Shown here: piece after piece, positions 24,761-37,546 of the stretch
Layout: each line of letters opens with the position of its first letter
Position numbering within the stretch: the stretch's first letter is position 1
Source of the DNA: Lama guanicoe
Lineage: Eukaryota
NCBI GenBank assembly: GCA_013239625.1
Contig: MU053873.1
Span: forward strand, 2,246,524-2,310,523
Direction of reading: 5' to 3'
DNA length: 64,000 nucleotides
Translations under genes and position numbers: made by a program
The notes under the pieces: model-generated
Told to the model about the DNA's origin: nothing
The model's database searches: none
What the model saw: only the letters and a program-made list of their open reading frames with translations

Positions 24761-27544
24761 AGAGACGGGTTGAGAGTGATCCTCACTCCCAGAAAACAAG
24801 CAGGAAGTGACTAGGGAATGTCCCCTGGAATGAGGGGGTCAGCATACACCTGGACAAGGGGCCATGTCCCTGAAGCTTAAGTTGTCTGTCTTTGATGAAC
24901 AGCCCCCAAGCCCACTCTCTAGACCCTCTAGTCCTGACAGCCCAAGGTAGGGAGGAGTCAGAGCTCTCTGGAGGAAGGGGTCACCGATGATTTTGCGGGT
25001 TCCTCAGAAGGCCACAGGCTGCATGGAGGGGCCAGGGGGAGAGGGGGACCTGCAGAGGCATTCCACGCAGCCGCGTCCCCCACAGCAGCGTCACCGGCCA
25101 GGAATGCAGGGGCACCCGGGGGCCGTGCTTATCGCTCTCCCAGAGTGTCTGGAGCAGCCCGGTTCCTGTCGGCTGTCCATCCAGATGGGCTCTAAATCAG
25201 TGAGCTCTTCTCTCCCCCGGTTGAGGTCAGCGCAGAGCCTGGACCCAGGCCAGCACTGCCGCCCAGAAGCCCATCCTCCAGCGTGTCTGCCTCCCAGGCT
25301 CGCGGATGGTCGGCTCTGAGATGTACGCTCCCGGGGCAGCAGGGGCAGCCGGGCACCTGGCCGGGCTTACATCAGCCAAGAGCTGTGGCAACATGGGAAC
25401 GGTGTGGATCAGACAGGAATGGGTTTGAAGTCAGACTCTACCTGGCTAGTTGACTTGCCTCAGTTTCCTTATATCAAAAATGGGTCCTATTCACAGGATC
25501 CATCAGGTAGCTGAGGATTAAATGAGGCGATGGGGTCTGGCACATTCTGCTTCTCTCACTAAATACATACTCTCAAGCTCTAAAGCTTGTTTTATGAGAT
25601 CAGTGCAATTACCCATAGATAGCTTTGGACAGAATCCACTTCTGGGTTAAAGTCTTCAGATTATTCCATAAACAGCTCCCAGTACATCCTCTTGATGCAC
25701 TTGTATCTGTTTGCCAGTTTTACAGGAACCTGTCTATTTAGAAATGGAGGAGGGACCCTCGTCCTAGACGGGCAGTACCTGATCCTCCCGTCTCTCCAGC
25801 CTGATTGCTTAGCCTCGGAGAATGCGGAAGTTATAAATCACAAATTACAGAACGCCCCTGAAGGTGGTAAGTGTTATAGGAGAGAAACAACCATATCAGT
25901 GCGAGTGAGATGGGTCATCCAGCGGGTGAGAGGGGTTTTAGAATTTAATAGAACTACCATAAATAATGTAGTTTTTCCTTTTAAAATTTCAGTTCTTGTC
26001 TTCTAACGTGTCTGTGAATATGGTAGTAATGGTCCCAATTTATAAACACGCACGTGCGTATATGTACCTGTACGTATTCACAGGTACATATATGCCCAGA
26101 GGGTAGAGTTCGAATAGTTAGGACATCCCTGAGTGATACAGACACAGCACCAGGACCCTGGGGGTTAGGAGAGCTGGAAGACCCAGGTTTCCCCTCCAGG
26201 GCGCTGTTTGCCCCTGCAGGTAGTCTTAGAAATCAGCCCTTTCCCTGCAAATTCTGGATCATAGCTGAGTCCACTTTTGAAGGCACTGATCCTCAGCCTC
26301 TCCTTTTCACAGATGGGGAAGTTGAGGCTCAGCAAGGAGCCACGCATCGCCCAAGGACACACAGCCAGAGAGTGGCACAGCAGGGACCGTAACCCAGTCT
26401 TTGGATTTCCAGGGGTTCGTTCCCCTGCGCTAGAACTGCGTGACACTCCCAGGAAACGCTGGCTCAAGAGTGAGGCAGTAGGGTTGCAGGAAGACGGAGA
26501 CCCGGGCCTGGGCCTGAGATTTTTCTTCTCGTCCCTCGCCTGCCCGAGAGGCCACTTAAGCAGCGTATAACTGCCTCGTGATGTATCCAACCCTCTCTCT
26601 GTGCATAAATGCAGCAGGTCAACCGCCAGGCAGAAATGCCACATATATTTCCTCCCATTAGATGAAATATGCCCCTAATTTGGCTGGGGTTTTGTTTTAT
26701 TAGACCTATGGCAGCGAGGGGGCCCCGCTGCAGAATAACCTTCTCCTGATCGCTGATTTCTCTCTCGAGAATGCCGAGGGGGGCAGCCCAGCAAAGGGGA
26801 AAGAAATGCCCTGGCCTATTATTTTTCAGGACACGTTCCCAGAACAAAGATCTTCTCCAGCCAAGGAGATGTCAAGAGTGAGCGGCAATTCAGACACCCC
26901 TCCTGGAAGAATGTTCTCGGGGCTGGGGGATGGGGGGTGGGGAGTGGCCCTAGGAACTGGAGTTCCAGCACCGACAGGAGATGGGCACGTGGCCCCATCC
27001 CCCTGGCCTCCCCATTTCTTCATCAGTAAACCGCGGTTAACAACAGAACCCCCCTCTCAGATTCGCCTCAAAGATTAAATAAAGGAAAAAATGCTCAGTG
27101 CTTGGTCGGTGACGGCCCAGAGAGGAGACTCACCCACCTCCGAAGTTAACGCCATAGTTTGCAAAGAGAAGTGAGTTTCTCCATCCTCGTAGGAGACCCT
27201 ATTGGTGAATTCTGCTGGACTAAGAGTGAGGGTTTTTTCCCGACAGTCCCTTAAGGGTGGCCTTGTACTAACTAGTTAACCCCACACAAGACCAACGCGT
27301 GTGCCTTAGGGCCGCCTATTTGTACTGGGAGGGAGGGAGACATGACAGTCACAGGGATGGTCTGGCTCCACACTGCGGCCTGCCCGGAGTCCCACGTCAG
27401 CAGCAATGACAATCAGAGGCTAAGGTGTTAAGACACCTGCTCAATGATGCCAAAACCAAAGGGCACCAGGCTCAGCTGGGCTCTCTGTCATTCTGCGGTT
27501 CGGGGGACCCTGGTCACCTTTCTTTTACTTCTGAGGACCTTGCC

Positions 27545-27692
27545 CTTTGCTGCACATTACAATTGCCTGGGGAACTGTAAAAAAATACCCCAGACCAATG
27601 AAAACTAAGTCACACTGGGGTTGTGGGAGAGGAGAGGCCCTTCTTCTTAAAGCTCCCGAGGTGATTCTAATGCGTGGTGGAGAATCACAGCT
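27545..27692. mobile_element. MER5-type hAT-Charlie fragment
   Basis: GCTGCACATTACAATTGCCTGGGGAAC...AAAGCTCCCGAGGTGATTCTAATG...GAGAATCACAG. Confidence 0.75.
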
Positions 27693-28006
27693 TGGCCCTT
27701 TTAACGTGATGGGGGAAACCGGCCCCTAATTCTGTTTATTCGTCCTGCAAAGGATTGAGTGGGAGGTTTTTGAGTCGAGTTGGCCCTGGGTTCAAATCCC
27801 GCCCTTTTGTGGTTCCCCCCAGTTCCTACCCCATTCATCTCCCCACACTTCAGCTTCCACATCCCTCAAAGGGGTGAGCACCCTCACCTATCTCCCGGGA
27901 CGGGTGGGAGGATTCAACACGGCTGTGAGACACCACGCAGTCCTGGGAACCTGACACCCAGGAAGCTCCATCCCATCTTGGGCACATAACTGTTATTGCA
28001 CTAGAC

Positions 28007-28217
28007 CAGGAGCCAGTTGGGCAAATTTACCGTCAAGGACCAGGTAGTAAATATTTTCAGTTTTGCAAGTCAGGCCATCTTGGTCACAACTACGAACTCT
28101 GTCCTTGCCACTCAAAGCCACAGACAATATGCAAATAGATGGCTGTGTTCCAATAAAGATTTGTTGACCAAAACAGGCAGCAGAAGGGATCTGACCCTTG
28201 GTTTGGGGATAACCTGT
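28007..28217 (+). mobile_element. MER58A (hAT-Charlie)
   Basis: GGACCAGGTAGTAAATATTTTCAG...GGCTGTGTTCCAATAAAGATTT...AAAACAGGC. Confidence 0.85.
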
Positions 28218-29346
28218 TCTAAGAGATCCTCTGAGTTTGGACCCCAGAGCACAGCCAGGCTGGTTTGATCTGTTACATTTCAGGTCTATGGTCCCCCGCT
28301 GGCAGTTTTGAGGCGACCTTGGTGTCTTTGTTTATCTGTCTTTATTACATACAACATTCATCTCAGGATATTGACACAAGAAAATAAGAAAATAAGTTTT
28401 CTTGAATCGCCTCATAATGTCCTAGGCTCTTTGTAAATGTTGTTTTCCAATTCTTTCAACTTCCTCCTTTTCCAATGGTTGCACCTTAGGTAAAAGATGA
28501 TTCAAGCTGCTGTTTATTTTGGCACCTGCTTGGTGTCATCATTTCACACACACCATCTTACTTAATTCTCACGGCAACCCTACAAGGGCACATCGTCTTT
28601 ATCCCTTTCGTCCAGATGGGGAAACTGATGCTTTGAGAGGCACAGAGACTTGCCTGAGGTCACCCGGAGGTGGCATTCAACCCAGTCTCTGCAACCCCAG
28701 AGCGCGTGCTTCTTCGTGACTCTTCTCTGCCATCAGCTAAGGGCGCCAGCACTCGGACATGGACCAGCAGGAAAGGCGGGGTGCGTTACCCACACCTGGA
28801 GGATGCAGTAAATGAGTTGACAGCCAAGGAACAAAGCCATCTCTTTCATTTGGAGTGTGTAGAAGCCATGCTGTGCTCCCTTGGAGTCCCTTCTGCAGTT
28901 TCCACGTGGTTATCCAGTGAGCACCCCTTCTGGAGGCTGGGAAGGAGAGATACGTGATTGGAAGTCCCCTCTTCACCAGCCTAAATCATCTCTCACTTTC
29001 AAGAGCCTCGCAGAATCCAAATGGCAGGGGAGATGCTATTCCTCAGACTCAGGCTCCCGGCACGACCTGCTATTCCTTGTTATGAGCAGTTAGCAGGGGA
29101 AATAATCCAGACAGATACTTTCCCTCTGTGCAATTCCATTTTTGTCTCGACTTATCTGGTCCTCTGATTCTACTAGGGATTTTATTTCCTTGTGATGTTA
29201 AAGCCCCAGAGCTCAAAATCCTTTTTCTTTTAAGCTTCCAGTAACTGAAGACCCTATTCCGGGCTGAGCCAGAGGCCCCCCCGGCCCTGGTGGGGGAGAA
29301 ATCCCTCGAGTCAATTGCACTTGCTTACAAATCCACTGAGAAGTTT

Positions 29347-29377
<31 letters not shown>

Positions 29378-29380
29378 TTT
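29347..29380. repeat. (TC)n plus poly-T tract
   Basis: Directly visible. Confidence 0.9.
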
Positions 29381-29976
29381 CCTTTTAAGGAGTTTGGTGA
29401 CAGATAGCAACAGAGGAGGGACAATGGGTTCTGGGCGAATGAGCTTTGAAGGCTGTCTCACTGCCAATCCCCACCTGGCCGCTGTGGGCCTGTGTCCTCT
29501 GCTGAGAATCTCTTTCTCCGACTCAAAGGACCCCTTCGCCCCATCCTAGGGCATGAGCTCCCTGAGAGCAGAGAGACTATCTTCAGTTTTCCTCCTCTGG
29601 TTCTCCACCCATGCGCCTCTCTGCATACAGCATCGCCCTGCACCCGGTACCTGGATGCATCTCTTTGCTCTGGGGCCTCACCGCCCACATTCAGCCCTGC
29701 CTTTGGCAGGACTGGTGGATTCCACCTCTACGTGTGTTTGCAGTGTATCTTGCTTTCCCTGCCCCTGCTGCCACCCTCGGACCAGGGCTAACATCATATC
29801 AGACCCTTTCTCCCCTGGACGCACAGCAGCCACCTGGAGGGTCTCCAGGTTTTCACCTCTGTTCCCGCCCCCACCACCTCCTAATCCATTCTCTAGCCTG
29901 AGCACATTTTCAGATTTTCTCTCAGAACTTCCCCAGCCTAAAAACCTTTTAATAGCTTCTCCATACGCTTAGAACC

Positions 29977-30198
29977 AGGGAGAGCAAACTACAGACTATG
30001 GATCAAATCCAGCCTGCCACCTGTTTTTGTAAATAAACTTTTATTGGAACATAGCCACGCTCGTTTGTCTGCGATTTTTATACACCTGCTTTCGCGCTAC
30101 AACAGCGGGGTTGAGCGGTGGCAAGAGAGACCGTATGATGCGTCGAACCTGAAATATTTATTATCGGGCCCTTTATGGAAAATGTTTGCGGAGTCCTG
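29977..30198 (-). mobile_element. MER58A (hAT-Charlie) inserted in an L2 fragment
   Basis: CAGGGAGAGCAAACTAC...TTTTTGTAAATAAACTTTTATTGGAACATAGCCAC...AAATATTTATTATCGGGCCCTTTA...TTTGCGGAGTCCTG. Confidence 0.9.
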
Positions 30199-30267
30199 AC
30201 TTGGAATAATATCCACATTCCTCGCCAGGGCCTGCTAGCGAGGTGATCGTATGTGCTAAGCTACTTC

Positions 30268-30740
30268 TGTTGAAGGCCTGATTTTTCCAAATGTTCCAAT
30301 TCTCCACGCATCCTCGGCGACGCGACTTTTTAGCTCCTCTTCTCTACAGTAAGTCTGTTTCCGCATCCTTTGAATCTCAACCAGGCGCATGACTTGCTTG
30401 GACTAACAGAGTGCGGCAGAAGCCACGCCATGTCAATTCCGAGCCTAGGACCCAAGAGGCCTTGCACACGTCCTGTCTCTCCCGTGGAACCCTGCTGCTG
30501 CTGTGAGAACCAGCCTGAGCTAGCTTCCTGGAGGGTGAGACACACGTGGTCCAGTCCCTCCCATCCCCCCAACCAACCTCTCCAAGTAGAGCATCTCTGC
30601 TGACCTGCAGCTGATCATAGACATGTTAGAGACCCCAGCTCCTCTCAGCAGAAACCCCAGCTGAGCCACAGACTCATGAGCTAAATAAATGCTTGTCATT
30701 TTAAGCTACTCAGTTTCTGGAATATACATTTGTAAAAGAA
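30268..30740 (+). mobile_element. MaLR LTR (MLT1G/H-like)
   Basis: CCTTTGAATCT...TGACTTGCTTGGACTAACAGAGTGCGGCAGAAG...AATAAATGCTTGTCATTTTAAGCTACT. Confidence 0.8.
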
Positions 30741-31129
30741 AAAAAAACTGGTAGTTTTCACTTCTGGTTAGAAGTGAATGAAAATGATGAGTGCAGGAGG
30801 TGGACGGAGTGGGGTGATAGAACGGAGGGAAGAATGAACTTCCCTTGAGACTTTTTTTAATATAATATATATTCTTGAACCATATAAATATTTGATAGAC
30901 TTGAAGAAAATGTGCAATCCAAAAGGTTGAAAAAGCCAGCAAACCCTAAAATTGAACACAAATACAAACAAAGGAATCTGGCTACGCATCAGGCTGACAG
31001 CTCTGGAAGGCAAACCTCTAAACTGGTTCCCAAGGATCCCTAGTTCCTGGAACTCATGTTTCTGTATAATCCTCTCTCCATCAATATGGCCCGGATCTGG
31101 TGACTTGCTTCCAATGGTGCGGACGCAAC

Positions 31130-31610
31130 TGAACACACCCAGGCTGGGAGACGTTCTGCAGCACAATCGGTCCAGACCCTCCAAAAATGTCCGTGCCATC
31201 AAAAAAGAAGAAACAAAGCTGAGGGGCTGTCCTGGATAAAAGGAGATGAAAGAGGCGTGAAAACAGAATGCCACGTGGGATCCTGTATTTTTTTCTTTTA
31301 AATGAGAGTCTAAAGGACACGTTTGGGACAACTGGGTATGCGTGGAAATGGACTGCTCATTAGATACTGTGATGGCGGTGTCGGTGTGGAAGTTCTCGGG
31401 TGTGATAACAGTGTTGTGGTTCCAGGAGAAGTTCCTTATTCTTAGGTGACACCTGTTGAAGGACTTAGGGAAAAAGGACCCTGAGGTCTGCAATTTACTC
31501 TTACAAGTGGGGGAGGGCAAGCAATCCCGGCAAAATGAAGGTAAACCAGCACCATTCTCCCAACTTGCCTGCACGCTGGCTATTTATAGAACTTCGAGGT
31601 TGAGGAGGGT
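31130..31610 (+). mobile_element. L1MC-type 3' UTR fragment (preceded by a short MLT1 5' piece at ~31010-31115)
   Basis: GGAGACGTTCTGCAGCACAA...CTCCAAAAATGTC...GGACACGTTTGGGACAACTGG...TGTGATAACAGTGTTGTGGTT...CTTATTCTTAGG. Confidence 0.75.
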
Positions 31611-32929
31611 TAGTGTTGCTCTCTCCCTCCCTGGAATTTAAAGGACCCAGTGACGACACTCGGGGCAGCATTGCTTAATGGTTTAAGGCTGCTTGGATGC
31701 TCACCGCCACTTTCCAGCTGGGTGATGGGCTGGCGACTGGCCCTCTCTGAACTCCACTTTCCTGCAAATGAGGACTTTACTGAGTACATGCTGTTGTCAG
31801 CGGAGGGGGAGTAGGGGAAGAGGTGTGAATGAGACAAGGTGCCTATGGTGTGTGGAACTCAGGCAGACACTTTTTTAGCCAAAGGGAAATGGACCCGCTG
31901 TGCACCCAGTAGGTGCCCATGCACATAGTAGGTGCCTAGGGAAGGTCAGACGCTTCCCTTTCTCTCCCAACACCCCACTGTCCTTCATGTGAAGTCACTA
32001 TGGTGTTTGAAGCCACACTCTGTCACCCTCTGCCCCCCTGCAAGGGCTCCTGGGAGCTTCCAGCCTCACGAGGGCTGGTGGAGACAGGTGTCCTCCCTCT
32101 CACTGCCCATCCGGATGTCCTTCCTCCAGCCCCAACCTCAGAACCACCCCCACATCTCGGGTAGCCTGGGGATCTGGAGGAGAGAATTGGAAAGCTATTT
32201 GCTAAACTATCTTCGGCCGTCCCCTCCCTCTCCCTTGGCCACTCCACCCCGACTTCCTGGCAAGCCTTCCGGCTGCTATTTCATCTGGAATTACTGGAAT
32301 CGCACTGTCTCCTGTCAGCTTCCTCCCCCAGCCCTCCTGAAAGACAGGAGGGATATGTGGTGGAGCTGCCAGGGCCGTGGCATCGCCCCGGGCATGTGCG
32401 CTCCCCAGGCAGGCAGGCGCCCCCCCTATCCCTCTGCTTCCCACTGTCTCCATGTCTGTATCTCTTGCTTTATCTTCTCCTCCACCTCCTTGCACCTGTC
32501 TCCCTATAGATTCCCATCCCCAACCCACTCCTCCCTCCCTTGCTGTCTTTCTCTTGTCATTGGGTCTCTGGGTACCTCCGTCTCCCATCCTCTCCTGCAT
32601 TTTGTTATCTCCCTCTGCCTCTGCTGGTCTCTTTCTTTGCCGCCTTCTCATCAGAGGCATCTTCATTCCAAGCCCGCTCTGTGCTAACCGCAACATTCCC
32701 TCTACAGGATTTCAAGGACTGTTGCCTTTGAGGCCATCCACCTGGGTTCAAATCCGCAGCTCTGGATGCACGGGTGGGTGTGGGACCTGCCTTAACTCCC
32801 CTGTTCCTCAGGATCCTCACTTCTGCCCTGGGAATAGGTTCTCAAATGGTTATAAAGTGGCACAGGCAAGCACTCAGTAAACTCTCCAGCAGCTCGGAAT
32901 CCACACTGTGCACCTTGGTCTACAGAGCC

Positions 32930-33416
32930 CTGCCCCTGCCTCTCTCCAACCTCCTCTCCATCGACATGCCTTTCTTCTGCAGGCAAAGCTCCTTCCCCCT
33001 CCCCCTTGAGAGGTGGGCTGGACTCTGTGACTGGCTCCCAATGAATAGAAGGTGGCAAAAGGGACAGTGTGCAACTCCTGAGACTCAGTCATTAGAGGCA
33101 CCAAGCTTCCCTCTGCTGTCTCTCAGATCGCTCACAAGAGTGGGGCCAGGATGCTCAAGCAGCCTTCTGGAGGGATGTGCGTGGAGAGGAACTGATGCCT
33201 CCTGCCCACAGCCAGCGTGAACTTGCCGGCATGTTTGTGTGCCACCTTGGAAGTGGACACTTCCACCCCGGTGGAGCCTTCTGATGAGACAGCAGCCCCA
33301 GCTGACATCTTGACTGTGACTTCATGGGAGACCCTGAGCCAGAGTCACACAATGGCACAGAAACTGTGCCGCTAAACTGTGGATCATTCATTACACAGCG
33401 ATAGACAATTAAGATG
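32930..33416 (+). mobile_element. MaLR LTR (MLT1F-like)
   Basis: CCCCTTGAGAGGTGGGCTGGAC...CTTGGAAGTGGAC...CAGCCCCAGCTGACATCTTGACTG...GAGACCCTGAGCCAGA...CAGCGATAGACAATTAAGA. Confidence 0.85.
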
Positions 33417-33827
33417 CTCTCAATTCCTTTACTCTGGTGCCATTTTTGTTCACTGATGGTCCTTCTCCCCCATTAGATGGTAAGTTCCATAAGGGCAGTG
33501 GCTGTGTCTGTGCAAATCACCACTAGGTCCCCTAAGCCCGGCACATGGAGTTCACTAAGTAACAGTGGGACGAGGCCAGGGAGGCTGACAATTCTAAGCT
33601 CAGCCCAAGAAACTTCTCTCTTGGGGATCTCTGTCTCCCTAGAGGAGGCAGGAAACCTTGCCCAACCCCTGTCTCTGTCTTTCTGCGTTGGGTTTCTTGC
33701 TCTTTCTGTGGCTTTCTGTTCAGTTTTATTCCTGGATGCCTGACAGAGGAGGGATTGCACAGCCTTTTAAAGAGGCACCCGTGGGAGGAAGGGCTCTGCG
33801 TGCTTTCTCCTCAAACAAGCTGCTGCC

Positions 33828-33852
<25 letters not shown>
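33828..33852. repeat. Poly-A tract (A25)
   Basis: Directly visible. Confidence 0.95.
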
Positions 33853-33859
<7 letters not shown>

Positions 33860-34661
33860 TTCACAGCAGGGACAAAAATAGCCCTGCAGGATTCTTTCGG
33901 AGGTGGGAGGCGGGTGCTGCGTGGCTGAGGACCAGGGCCGCTCTGCTAACTCACCCACACGTGAACCACCACCCGTGTGTGCATTCATCCAACCTTCCGC
34001 CCCGTCAGCTGGTACTTCATTGTCTCCCGGTATATTTGCTTATCTATTTATATCTACATTAATTCATTCATCCATCCTACACCTTTGTACTTATTCATCA
34101 GTCTATGCATCCATCCATCCCCCAATCTGGCGTTCATCCATTACCATCCGTATATTTTTAATTTCATCCTTCCAAATCTGGAAGTTATGTTATGTTAATT
34201 GCCTCATGCTAATTCACAAGGCTATTCACCTAGCCATGGCATAAACCTGCAGCTCAGTCCACACCCCCAAGTGTTCACCGTGAGCCTGCTCTGCACCAGG
34301 TGCTGCGCCAGGCTCTGGGACGACGGGGCCAATGTGACAGACCTGGTCCCCACCCCTGCGTGGTTCACCTGAATAACTTCCTTGATTCAGGTGAGATGCT
34401 GGTCATGGAGGAACCTGAGGGGAGAACAACATCCCGCTCTCTGAAGCCTCCTGATGTGATGGGGCCATAGCAGAGTGGACACAGTGCTGGGTCATGGGAC
34501 CTGCTGCCACTTCTACAACCTGAATCCTTATCTTTGCTGAGCCTCAGTTTCTTCTTTTGGGACATGGGAACAATGCAGGTCCAGCCATCATACCTGGCCT
34601 CCATGTGGACGTGTGAGTGCAGTGAGGCAGTGCCTTTATAAACTCAGAAGAGCACTGCAAT

Positions 34662-34700
34662 TGTGAGTGAGTGAGTGTGTGTGTGTGTGTGTGTGTGTGT
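34662..34700. repeat. (GTGA)n(GT)n microsatellite
   Basis: Directly visible, at the end of a MIR. Confidence 0.95.
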
Positions 34701-36039
34701 ACAAGCACAGGATATCTTTTGGGTTTCCTATGACTTATGTCCCCTGCAGCCTGGGGTCATCTCTGGCATTTTGCTGGATGCCAGATGGCTGCTTGCATCC
34801 TGCCTCTGCCCAGCTGAGTACGATATTATGAATCCAAGGGGTCCTCAGAGAGCTGAGAGTCCTTCCTCCTTGACAAGGAGGTACTTCTTGTCTCAGTTTC
34901 ACCGGGGGCCTGATTCAGATGCCTTTAAACTTCATTTCTCGGGGTTGAGTGCATCTTCCAAGTTCCTTAACCAAGAAACACTGTAGATCAGAGGACAGTC
35001 GGTGCCTCTGGAATAAGACAGGCCCATCTTCTAATCTCTGCTGGACTCTATTTGCTGTGTGACCCCAGGCAGATGGAGTCACTTCTCTGAGCTCCGCTTC
35101 CTCTCATCTAAGGTGGCCTTTGCAACACTCGCAAGCTGGCACATCACGTGGGCGGCATGACTGCCGGGTACCGGGTGGCCGTTACTGGTAGTCCTAGAGG
35201 ATGGTGAGCCATCAGGGGAGGGGAGCCCAGGACCCTGCCCAGAACCAGCGGGGGAATCAGATGTGGGTCCTTTTTTCAACTTATCAAGTCGCAGGCCCCC
35301 GTGGCACGGAAGGAGGTGGGAGATACTCTCTCATGACCGATGCCGATACAGTGTTCTTTCCGCTTGGCTTTGTGGTTTATGAAGCAGGCTGTGGGCTTCA
35401 CCCCGTTTGATACCCACACTGTGTGTGGTGTGGGTGGGGTCCCTGCACCCCTTTCTCCACCAAGCCTTAACCTTGAAGCAGATGGGGCTCTGAGAACTGC
35501 AGGCTGGTGACTCCAATCTAGTCGAAGTCTGTTGTGAAGGGCAGAGACTCAGTAAAGCCACATGGAGGAGCTCGTGAAAAAGCTGGGACCCCAGTGCCCC
35601 GTGGATGGAGCCCAAGAAGACTGGCTGCCCCACGGTACTGCTCCCAAGCCCACCCTGGACTCCACGCACATCCCAGAGTGCACTCACTGTCCTTGGCGTG
35701 GGCTGTACCGTAACCCTAAAGTTCCCTTCCCTTCACTGTTTACCCAGATAAGTCTTAGTCATCTTTCAAGTTTCAATCCCAGATCACATTCTGGGAAAAG
35801 CATTCCCTGACTTGTCCAGGGGCTGGGGGAGAAAGAACATTCCTCCTGTGTAGTCCCACAGCCTGCCGGGCCCCCACGAAGAGCCCCACCGGTCTGCCTT
35901 GAGGGTGTCCATGTCCGTCCGCTTGCACACCTCTCCCCCTGCACAGGGAGGGCCTGGGCCCCCTCCATTTGTGTCCTTAGGTCTCTAGGGGCACAATAGC
36001 ACAGCATAGAGACATGTTTATGGTGTTTATTGAAGGAAT

Positions 36040-36165
36040 GAAGAAAGCAGGAGAAAAAGAAGGAGAGAAAGAGAGAAAGAGAGAAAGGGAGAAAGGAAGG
36101 AAGGAAGGAAGGAAGGAAGGAAGGAAGGAAGGAAGGAAGGAAGGAAGGAAGGAAGGGAGGAAGGA
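36040..36165. repeat. GA-rich tract with a perfect (AAGG)16 at 36093-36156
   Basis: Directly visible; follows an L2 3' end (~35760-36040). Confidence 0.95.
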
Positions 36166-37365
36166 TAGATTTTGGCACAAAAACACGGGTTTCATTTCTT
36201 TCCAGCCAGTGCACTTTTCAGAGCACCATCATTGGAAGAAACCTCGGAGAAGTTAAGCAACTTCCCTCAGTTCCCCCAGCAGGTGAGAAGCAGGGCCCAC
36301 CTTCCGTGCCGTTTTGCCGTCAAATAGACCACATTTGCCAATGAAGAGGGACCTGGTGTTGGAGTTCCGAGACACAGCTTGTAGATCCTTACAGGACCTC
36401 AGAGAAACCCCCTCTTCCTCTCTGGGCCTCAGTTTCTGCATCTGTAAAGTGGGAGCCTGTTCTGAGTGTCTGCGCCTTGGGAGATGCTCAGGAACACCCA
36501 CATAGAGGAGGGAAGCACATGTGGGCGAGGCGGGCACATTCTGGACAAGGCAGGGGAGCTGGACCCAGATGGTTGGGGGAACAGAAGGGAAATCAGGCTG
36601 CAGGAGGGAAGCTGGACTGGCAGGCTAGCAACAGGAATCAGAGGCTGGGGCTGGGGAGGGCAGCGCAGGGGGAGCCCTGCATCTCCAGGTGGGCCCCATT
36701 CCTCTCCTTGACCTTGGCTTTGACCTCCAGATGTTTTCAGATGAGGGACGCCCAATCCACCTCGCTGGATCTGAAAGTGCAATTCCATCCCTCCGAATTT
36801 GCGTAGAAATCGTCTCCCGGCCCTGCCGCATCTCACTCTCCGGGCCAAGTCTCAGAGCTCAGTTCACCCAAGGCGAAATATTTGGACACCAGGAAAGCAT
36901 TAAGTAATTGGTGGATATTTTCCCCTTTTCCACTTGCGTCTGTTTGTTTCCTGCAGGGTTGCCTGACACCAGCCAGCCTTGAATTTGGTCCTGTTCCCTC
37001 CACAGCAGGGACCCAGGGGGCTCAGCCCAGAGTGTGCACGGTGGAGCGGGTGGCCTGCCTGGCGGCCAAGGTACACAGACAGCAGGGGGTGCTGAAGAGT
37101 CCCCGGGGTCTTCAGGGGAAGAGAGAAAACAGGATTCGACCCCTCTAAACACCAGCAGACTGTACCCCCAGCAAAACACATGGAGGATGGTTCAGTTGAT
37201 CAAAAGAGCAACTTCCTCTGAGAAAACCCAGCCTCATGCTGGCTACACCCAGTGAAATGGATGAGCCCAGGGGTCCTGGACCTAAAGGACCTGGCTGGGG
37301 TCTGCCTTTTCCAACCTCAGACAAGCCATTTCAGCTTTTTGCATCTCTGTTTCTGGATTGTTGTT

Positions 37366-37546
37366 ATGGTGGCTAGACGGTACGATAAAGACGCAGATTT
37401 GAGTTTCAGAGAAACGATGAAGAATGAGTTTTTTAGCATAAGTATATCTCATGCAATACTTGGGATATACTTACACTAAAAATTATTCTTTGTTTCTCTG
37501 AAATTCCAACTTAATGGGATATCCTGTATTTTACGTGGCGCCCCCC
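37366..37546. mobile_element. MER53 palindromic MITE (hAT-like)
   Basis: Left arm TTTCAGAGAAAC...TTTTTTAGCATAAGTATATCTCA and right arm TGGGATATACTTACACTAAAAA...GTTTCTCTGAAA are inverted; matches recalled MER53 consensus. Confidence 0.85.

Noticed and set aside
12261..26672. Shared 12-mer GATGAAATATGC at 12261 and 26661
   Set aside because: On the order of 100 repeated 12-mer pairs are expected by chance in 64 kb
30768..31574. Longest ORF (268 aa, - strand)
   Set aside because: Runs antisense through an L1MC 3' UTR and an MLT1 fragment; no recognisable domain
31932..32687. 251-aa ORF (+) and overlapping ORFs
   Set aside because: Pro/Ser/Leu-rich translation of a C/T-rich low-complexity tract, open in several frames; non-ATG start; no homology recognised
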